A DNA stretch of 64,000 bases. It comes from Gammaproteobacteria bacterium (GTDB lineage Bacteria > Pseudomonadota > Gammaproteobacteria > Eutrophobiales > Eutrophobiaceae). Below the pieces are notes generated by a model. It did no database searches. It saw nothing but the letters and a program-made list of their open reading frames with translations, and was not told where the DNA came from. Each line of letters starts with the position of its first letter. Positions within the stretch are counted from its first letter, which is position 1. Made by a program: the position numbers and the translations under genes. Where the stretch lies: assembly GCA_965221695.1 (NCBI GenBank), contig OZ244905.1, positions 2,272,001-2,336,000 on the forward strand, written 5' to 3'. Positions 53,371 through 62,300 of this stretch are shown piece after piece.

Positions 53371-56300
53371 TTGATTTTTCGCAAACCACTTCGTTTCTTC
53401 CAAGCAGTGCCCGCGGTGTGCCTGGGTCTTGCCTGCTTGCTTGCTGTGAGCGCCTCCGCCCAGGCGCAGCAGGCGCGCACGCTGACCTTTACCTTCTCCG
53501 ACGACGGCAGCACCGTGTCCATCGACGCCGCTGGCAGTTTGGATTTCTCAGCATCCGGTTCCCTGCCTGATTCAACGATCGGAATCGAAGACGCCATTTA
53601 TTTCGATGATACTGATATCTGGGCCATCGGGGCGGACTCGTCCGGCCTCAACAGCCTGATGGGTCAGTATCAACTCTCTGGCTTGACGACCACGGTTGTT
53701 GAGCCTTTCTCAGGTTCCCCTACAGCCGAAAACTTGCCCAACTATAGTGCCGAATTCTTCCTCCGATTCAGCACCTTCCACAACAGGATGCGGGTAGACC
53801 CGGATAATCTCACAGGGACAATCTACGACCCGACGGGAGACAGGGTCACGTTCACGGGCACCCTGCAAAGCACCTTGGGCGACAACGACTTCCATATCGA
53901 ACACGCGTTCGGCAATCAGAAGATCGTTTTCAAGACAGCGGCCCCAGCCACGGTGCCCCCCGCCGCGCCCACGGGCTTGAGCGCCGCGCCGGGCGACACC
54001 GAAGCCACCCTGACCTGGGCCAACCCGAACGATTCCAGCATCACCAAGTACCAGGTGCGCTACGGCGCCGGTTCAACCGTGCCGGCCACCGCAACCTGGG
54101 GTGATATTTCCGGCAGCGACGACGAGACCACGACCCATACAGTAACGGGCCTGACCAACACCACCCAATACGCGTTCGAGATTCGCGCAGTCAATGTGAC
54201 CGGCAACAGCGACGCCTCGGCCACGGTGACGACCACCCCCGCGCTGGCGATACCTGACGCCCCGACCAGCCTCACGGCAACGGCGGGCAACGCCCAGGTC
54301 ACCCTGACGTGGACGAACCCGACCAACGCCAGCACACTGACCAACATCCAGGTCCGCTACAAGGCCACCGCAGACCTGCCGTTTAATGACAACACCGATA
54401 CGTGGACTGACCTGGCCGCAACAACCACGACCTACACGGCCACGGGCCTGACCAACGGCACGGGTTACACGTTTGCCGTACGCGCCACCAACACCGCCGG
54501 CAACAGTACTCCGGCGACGGCCACGGCCACGCCAACGCTGCCGGCCCCGTCCGCGCCCACGGGCCTGTCTGCGGCAGCGGGCGACACGCAGGTGACTCTG
54601 AACTGGACCGACCCGAACGACGACACCATCACCAAGTACCAGGTGCGCTACGGCGCCGGGTCCACCGTACCCGCCACCGCCACCTGGGGGGACATCACCG
54701 GCAGTGGCGCGACCACCATCAGCCACGACGTGACCGGCCTGACCAACGGCACGCAATATGCATTCGAGATTCGCGCAGTCAATGCGACCGGTAACAGCGA
54801 CGCCTCGGCGACGGTGACGACAACGCCCACAGCGCCAACCCCGGTGCGCACGTTGACCTTCACCTTCTCCGACGATGGCGCCACCACCACCATTGCCGCC
54901 TCCGGAAGCCTGGATATGTCTGGCTTCACAGATGTCGGGGATACCGTGCCGCAACACGTCATTTACATCAAGATAGACGATACCGATGAACTCTGGGCTT
55001 TTCATCCGGCGTCGCTGAGCAACGGCGCCCCATCGAGGCGCTACGAGGATCTGCCGGACTTCATAAAGACCGGCTTGAGTTCCTATACGGGTTACACCGA
55101 AATACTAAACCTGGCCAACTACAGCAACGATTTCACCATCCTGTTCAACACCTACCGCAAGTACATGGTCGTGGACAAGGCCAGCCTCAACGGGGACATC
55201 TATAACCCGACGGGCAAGACGGTAACGTACTCCGGCACTGTGCTCGATACCTTGGGCGACAACGATTTCCACATTGAGCTTGCGCTTGGCAACCAGAAGA
55301 TCGTTTACACGGCAACACCGCCGCCGGCGCCCGCCGCGCCCACCAACCTGAGCGCCACCGCCGGTGACACCGAAGTCACCCTGAACTGGGCCAACCCGAA
55401 CGATTCCAGCATCACCAAGTACCAGTTCCGCCAGGCCCAAGGCGCAACCGTGCCCGACAGCACCGCTTGGACCGACATCACCGGCAGCGGCGCCACGACC
55501 ACGAGCCACAAGGTAACGGGCCTGACCAACACCACCCAATACGCGTTCCAGATCCGCGCGGTGAACGCCAACGGCGACAGCGACGCCTCCGGCACCGTCA
55601 CCGCAACCCCGGCACTGGCCGTTCCCGCCGCGCCGACGGAATTCAGCGCCACCGCCGGCAATGCCCAGGCCAGCTTGAGCTGGACGCTGCCGACCAACGC
55701 CAGCGTGATCGGCGACGTGCAGGTGCGCTGGAAGGCCACCGCCGACCTGCCCTTCAACGACGCCACCGACACCTGGACGGGGCTCAGCGACGGCACAGCC
55801 ACCAGCTACATCGCCACCGGCCTGACCAACGGCACCGGCTACACCTTCGAAGTGCGCGCCACCAACACCGCCGGCAACGGCGCCGCGGCAACCGCCACGG
55901 CCACGCCCGCCATGCCGCCCGCCGCGCCCACCGGCCTGGCCGCCACCGCGGGCGACAGTACGGTCACGCTAAACTGGACCAACCCCAACGACTCCAATAT
56001 CACCACATACCAGCTCCGCTACGGCGCGGGCGCCACCGTGCCGGCCACTGCAACCTGGGGCGACATCGCCGGCACCACCAGCCACACCGTCACCGGCCTG
56101 ACCAACGGCACCCAATACGCGTTCGAGATTCGCGCGGTGAATGCCGGTGGGCCGGGCCCGGCTTCAGAGCATGTGGTAATGCGGCCCGGCCCGCCGCTGC
56201 AACCGAGCGGCTTCCAGGTGGTGGGCGGCAACGCCCAGGTGACGCTGAGCTGGGACGATCCTCCTTCCGATACCACCATTACCAGGTATCAGCTTCGCCG

Positions 56301-59300
56301 CAAGGTGGGAACGAGCTTCTCCGACAGCGACACCTGGAGCGACATCGCCAACAGCGGCCCGACCATCACCACCCATACCGTCACCGGACTGACCAACGGC
56401 GCCACCTGGGCCTTCCAGATCCGAGCGGTGAACGCCGCTGGCGCCGGGCCGGCTTCCGAAACCCTCACGATGTTGCCGCGCGCCAGCAACCGGGCGCCGG
56501 TGTTTCGAGGCGCCGTATTCAGAAGCGACGGAGAAGTTCTATCCTCTAGTTACAGAAATGCCAGGTTGACGAAAGGATTTTCCCCAAGATTCTCAGACCC
56601 GGACGGCGACGAATTGACCTTCACCTGGACGACGAATCCGCCGCAAGCCAATATCGACGTGCGTATCGAGGGACCCGGCTGGAGCACGGTCAATCCAGAA
56701 TCACAATATCTGCGCTACAGGGCAACGGGGCCGGTGGAGCGGACGACCCTGACCCTGACGGGGACGGATCCCTACGGGCTTTCGGTCTCGACATCCACCG
56801 TCGTGACGACGAGCAACACCGCCCCAAAGGCGAAGAGTCCGCCCTATCCGGATCAAACCCTGGCGGTCGGCAACACATTGACGGTCAACTTGACGGACAT
56901 GTTCATCGATGACGAGGGTGACAATATACGTTTGTTCCTGCGCACCCCGGACAACGGCAATAACATCGACACAACGGCCTTAGATTGGGGCGCAATTAGC
57001 GTGCTTGCCCACACGCCTGGAGAAGAAGTCTTTAGCGTGACTGTAAAAGACATCTTTGGAGCCGAGGCGTCCGACAGCTTCAAGGTTACCGTCATCGCAG
57101 CGGCGGCCAAACCTACGGGGCTCACGGCCGCCTCAGGCAACGGGCAGGCGGTCCTGACATGGACCGACCCCGGCGACAGCAGCATCACCAAGTACCAGTT
57201 GCGCCACAAGGCGGGCACGAGCTTCTCCAACAGTGACGACAGCCTGTGGACGGACATCACCGGCAGCGGCGCTTCCACCACCAGCCACACCGTGACCGGG
57301 CTCACCAGCGGCACGGCATACGTCTTCCAGGTTCGCGCCCTGAATGCGGGCGGCGTCGGCACCCCCTCGGACGAAGCAGTGCTGCGGCTCGGTGCGCCAT
57401 TGCAACCAAGCGGCTTCCGGGTGTTGGGCGGCAACGCCCAGGTGACGCTGAGCTGGAGCGATCCTTCCGACGCCACCATCACCAGGTATCAGCTTCGCCG
57501 CAAGGAGGGGACGAGCTTCTCCCCCAGTGACGACAGCCTGTGGGCGGACATCGCCAACAGCGGCGCGACCACGACCACCCATACCGTCTCCGGACTGACC
57601 AACGGCACCACCTGGGCCTTCCAGGTCCGGGCGGTGAACGCCAACGGCGCCGGGCCGGCCTCCGAGACCCTCACGATGTTGCCGCGCGCCAACAACCGGG
57701 CGCCGGTGTTGGGAGGCTCCGTATTCGGAAGCGACGGAGTAGTACTGCCCTCTCGTTACAGAAATGTCAGGCTGACGAAAGGATTTGGCCCAAGATTCTC
57801 AGACCCGGACGGCGACGAACTGACCTTCACCTGGACGGCGAACCCGCCGCAAGCCAATCTCGACGTGCTTATCGCGGAACCCGGCTACAGTGACGCTTAT
57901 CCTGACGCGCACTATCTGCGCTACAGGGCGACGGGGGCGGTGGAGAGGACGACACTGACCCTGACGGGGACGGATCCCTACGGACTGTCGGTTTCGACAT
58001 CCGCCGTCGTGACGACGAGCAACACCGCCCCGAAGGCGAAGAGTCCACCCTATCCGGATCAAACCCTGGCGGTCGGCAACACATTGAGGGTCAACCTGAC
58101 GGACATGTTCGTCGATGACGAGGGTGACCGAATACGCTTGTACCTGCGCACCCCTGACAACGGCAACAACGTCAACACAAGGGCCATAGATTGGGGCGCA
58201 TTTAGAGTGATTGCCCACACGCCTGGCGAAGAAGCCATTGAAGTGACTGTAGATGACATCTTTAGGGGGGAGGCATCCGATATCTTCAAGGTAACCGTCA
58301 TCGCGGCGGCGGCCAAACCGGCGGGGTTCACGGCCACCTCGGGCGACACGCAGGCGGAGCTGGCCTGGACCGATCCGGGCGACAGTGGCATCACCAAGTA
58401 CCAGTCGCGCCACAAGGCGGGCACGAGCTTCTCCGACGGCGACGACAGCCTGTGGACGGACATCGACGACAGCGGCGCTTCCACCACCAGCCACACCGTG
58501 ACCGGGCTCACCAACGGCACGGCATACGTCTTCCAGATCCGCGCCGTGAATGCGGGCGGCCCGGGCGCCGCCTCCGACACGACGACGGCGACGCCCGTCA
58601 CCGACTTGATGCCGGACTTCGGCACGGCGACGGTGGCCGACCAGAGCTACGTGCAGAATACGCAGATCACGACGCTGAACCTGCCGCAGGCCACCGGCGG
58701 CGACGGTACGCTGACGTACAGCCTGAGCCCGGATGCCCCGGATGGCCTGGCCTTCGACGCTGCGAACCGAACCCTGTCCGGCACGCCGACCACGGGCCAG
58801 GCCGCCACGGCGTACACCTACACCGCCACCGACGCGGACGGCGACACGGCGAGCCTGACGTTCAACATCACCGTCATGGCGCTGCCGGATAAACCCACGG
58901 GTCTGACCTCGGTTGGGACCGACGCCAAGGTGACTCTGTCATGGACGAACCCGGGCGATGCCACCATCACCAAGTACCAGGTGCGTCACGCCGCCGCCGC
59001 ATTCGTCCCCGAAGAAACAATCTGGACGGACATCACCGGCAGCGGCGCCGGCACCACCAGTCACGACGTCACCGGCCTGACCAACGGCACCCGCTACGCA
59101 TTCGAGATCCGCGCGGTCAACGCCGGCGGCGCCGGCGCCGCCGCCACCATCAGGGGCACGCCGGTCATGGCGCGCACGCTGACCTACACCTTCTCCGACG
59201 ATGGCGCCACCGTGACCATCGCCGCCTCGGGCAGCGTGGATCTTCGGGGCTTCGATTTCAATGAAACTTCGAGTCTTGTGCCGGGCGGCCAACAATCCAT

Positions 59301-62300
59301 CAAGATCGACGCTTCGGATTCGGGCGCTTCCAACGTTTGGGCGATTCAACCGCCCAACGACATATGGGTCAGGACCTACGCATCGCTGCCGAATTTCGTG
59401 ACCACCGGCAGAGGTTCCTATGAAGGCTCCAGCAGCCTCAGCCAGATGATGGGCTACAGCGCCAATTTCCACATCCGTTTCGAGACATCCGGCAATTTCC
59501 TGCAATTGGACGATGCCAACTTGAGTGGATACATCTACGAGATTTCGGACGGGGTGGCGACGTTCACGGGCACTCTCGACGGCTTGCTGGACGACGACTT
59601 CCGCGTCGAACACACGATCGGCAATCAGAAGATCGTTTTCACCAGCGCGGCGCCGGGCGCGCTGCCGAACGCGCCCAACCTTACGGCCGCAACGGCTGGC
59701 GACACGCAGGTTGAACTGACCTGGACCGATCCGGGCGACGCCAGCATCACCAAGTACCAGGTGCGCCACGGCGAGGGCCAGACAGTGCCGAGCAGCGCGA
59801 CCTGGGCGGACATCACTGGCAGCGGCGCCACGACCACAACCCATACGGTGATGGGTCTGACCAACGGCAAAGCGTACGCCTTCGAGATTCGCGCGGTGAA
59901 CGCCTCCGGCTACAGCGACGCCTCGAACACCGTCTCCGCAACGCCATTGGCGAAACCGTCGGCGCCGGCGGGCCTGGCGGCGGCGGCGGGCAACGCCAAG
60001 GCGACGCTGACCTGGACGGACCCGGGCAACGCCAGCATCACCAAGTACCAGGTGCGCTACGGCGCCGGCTCCAGCGTACCGGCCACCGCCAACTGGGAGG
60101 ACATCCCCGGCAGCGGCGCCACGACCGTGCGGCACGAGGTGACGGGCCTGACCAACGGCACCCAATACGCCTTCGAAATCCGCGCGGTCAACGCCTCCGG
60201 CGGCAGTGACGCTTCGGATACCGTCACCGCGACGCCAGCCAGCGGTGTGCCAAGCTTCGGCGACCAGACGGTTGACGACCAGAACTACATCCTGAACACG
60301 GCCATCGCGACCCTGACGCTGCCCGCGGCAACCAGCGACGAAGTCCCGCTGACCTACAGCCTGACCCCGAACGCTCCGGCGGGCCTGGCCTTCGACGCCA
60401 CCAACCGCTCGCTCACTGGCACGCCCACCGCGGTCCAGAGCGAGACGGCCTACACCTACACGGCCACCGACAGTGACGGAGACGCGGTGAGCCTGACGTT
60501 CAACATAACCATCGCGGCGAACGAGATGCCTGACTTCGGCACGGCGACGGTGGCGGACCAGAGCTACACGCAGAACACCGCGATCACGACGCTGAACCTG
60601 CCCGCGGCCACCGGCGGCGACGGCACGCTGACGTACACGCTGACCCCGGATGCGCCGGCGGGTCTGACGTTTGACGCCGCCAACCGCAGGCTGACCGGCA
60701 CGCCGACGGGGACGCAGGCGGCGACGGCCTACACCTACACCGCCACCGACGCGGACGGTGACACGGCGAGCCTGACGTTCAACATCACGATCACGGCGCT
60801 GCCAGTGCCATCGGCGCCGACGGACCTGGCGGCGGCAGCCGGCAACGCCCAGGCGACGCTGACCTGGACGGACCCGGGCAACGACAGCATCACCAAGTAC
60901 CAGGTGCGCTACGGCGAAGGCGCGACCGTGCCGTCCACCGCCACCTGGGCGGACATCCCCGGCAGCGGCGCCACGACCGTGCGACACGAGGTGACGGGGC
61001 TGACCAACGGCACCGAGCACGCTTTCGAGGTCCGGGCGGTGAACGCCAGCGGCGAGGGCGCGGCCGCCGGGCCGGTGACGGCGACCCCCGCCGCCGACAC
61101 GACGCCGAGCTTCGGCACGGCGACGGTGGCGGACCAGAGCTACACGCAGAACACGGTGGTCACGACGCTGAACCTGCCCGCGGCCACCGGCGGCGACGCC
61201 CCACTGACGTACACGTTGACGCCGACCCCGCCGGCGGGCCTGACGTTTGACGCCAGCGCTCGCACCTTGACCGGCACGCCGACCACCGCCCAGACGGCCG
61301 CCGAATACACGTACAAGGTGACTGACAACGACGGCGATGCGGCCGAGCTGAAGTTCAACATCCGCGTCGCAGCGAACCTGACGCTGACGGGCCTGGCCGA
61401 CGCCACGGTGAACGAGAATGTGGCGCACACGGATGCGGCGACGCTGACCAATGCCATCGGCGCGGTGACCTGGTCGCTGGGCGGGACCGACGGCGGTCTG
61501 TTCCGGCTGACGGCCACCAGCGCCGCGGGGGCGACGGTGAACCTGGCGGGGCAGGACTATGAGAACCCGGCGGACGACGGCGCCAACAACACCTACGTGT
61601 ACACCCTGACGGCAACGGATTCGGACGGCAACTCGGTGACCTCGGACCCGTACACGGTGACGGTGAGCGATGTGAACGAGACGGCGAACCTGACGCTGAC
61701 GGGCCTGGCCGACGCCACGGTGAACGAGAATGTGGCGCACACGGATGCGGCGACGCTGACCAATGCCATCGGCGCGGTGACCTGGTCGCTGGGCGGGACC
61801 GACGGCGGTCTGTTCCGGCTGACGGCCACCAGCGCCGCGGGGGCGACGGTGAACCTGGCGGGGCAGGACTATGAGAACCCGGCGGACGACGGCGCCAACA
61901 ACACCTACGTGTACACCCTGACGGCAACGGATTCGGACGGCAACTCGGTGACCTCGGACCCGTACACGGTGACGGTGAGCGATGTGAACGAGACGGCGAA
62001 CCTGACGCTGACGGGCCTGGCCGACGCTACGGTGAACGAGAATGTGGCGCACACGGATGCGGCGACGCTGGCCAATGCCATCGGCGCGGTGACCTGGTCG
62101 CTGGGCGGGACCGACGGCGGTCTGTTCCGGCTGACGGCCACCAGCGCCACGGGGGCGACGGTGAACCTGGCGGGGCAGGACTATGAGAACCCGGCGGACG
62201 ACGGCGCCAACAACACCTACGTGTACACCCTGACGGCAACGGATTCGGACGGCAACTCGGTGACCTCGGACCCGTACACGGTAACCGTGGACGATGTGGA

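Noticed and set aside
53470-59645. Diversity-generating retroelement acting on the adhesin
   Set aside because: No reverse transcriptase in the window, and I saw no template/variable repeat pair with adenine-specific differences
58939-62052. 1037-aa minus-strand ORF and other long ORFs overlapping 54000-64000
   Set aside because: Antisense or off-frame shadows of the GC-rich repetitive adhesin gene; Arg/Gly/Val-rich nonsense composition
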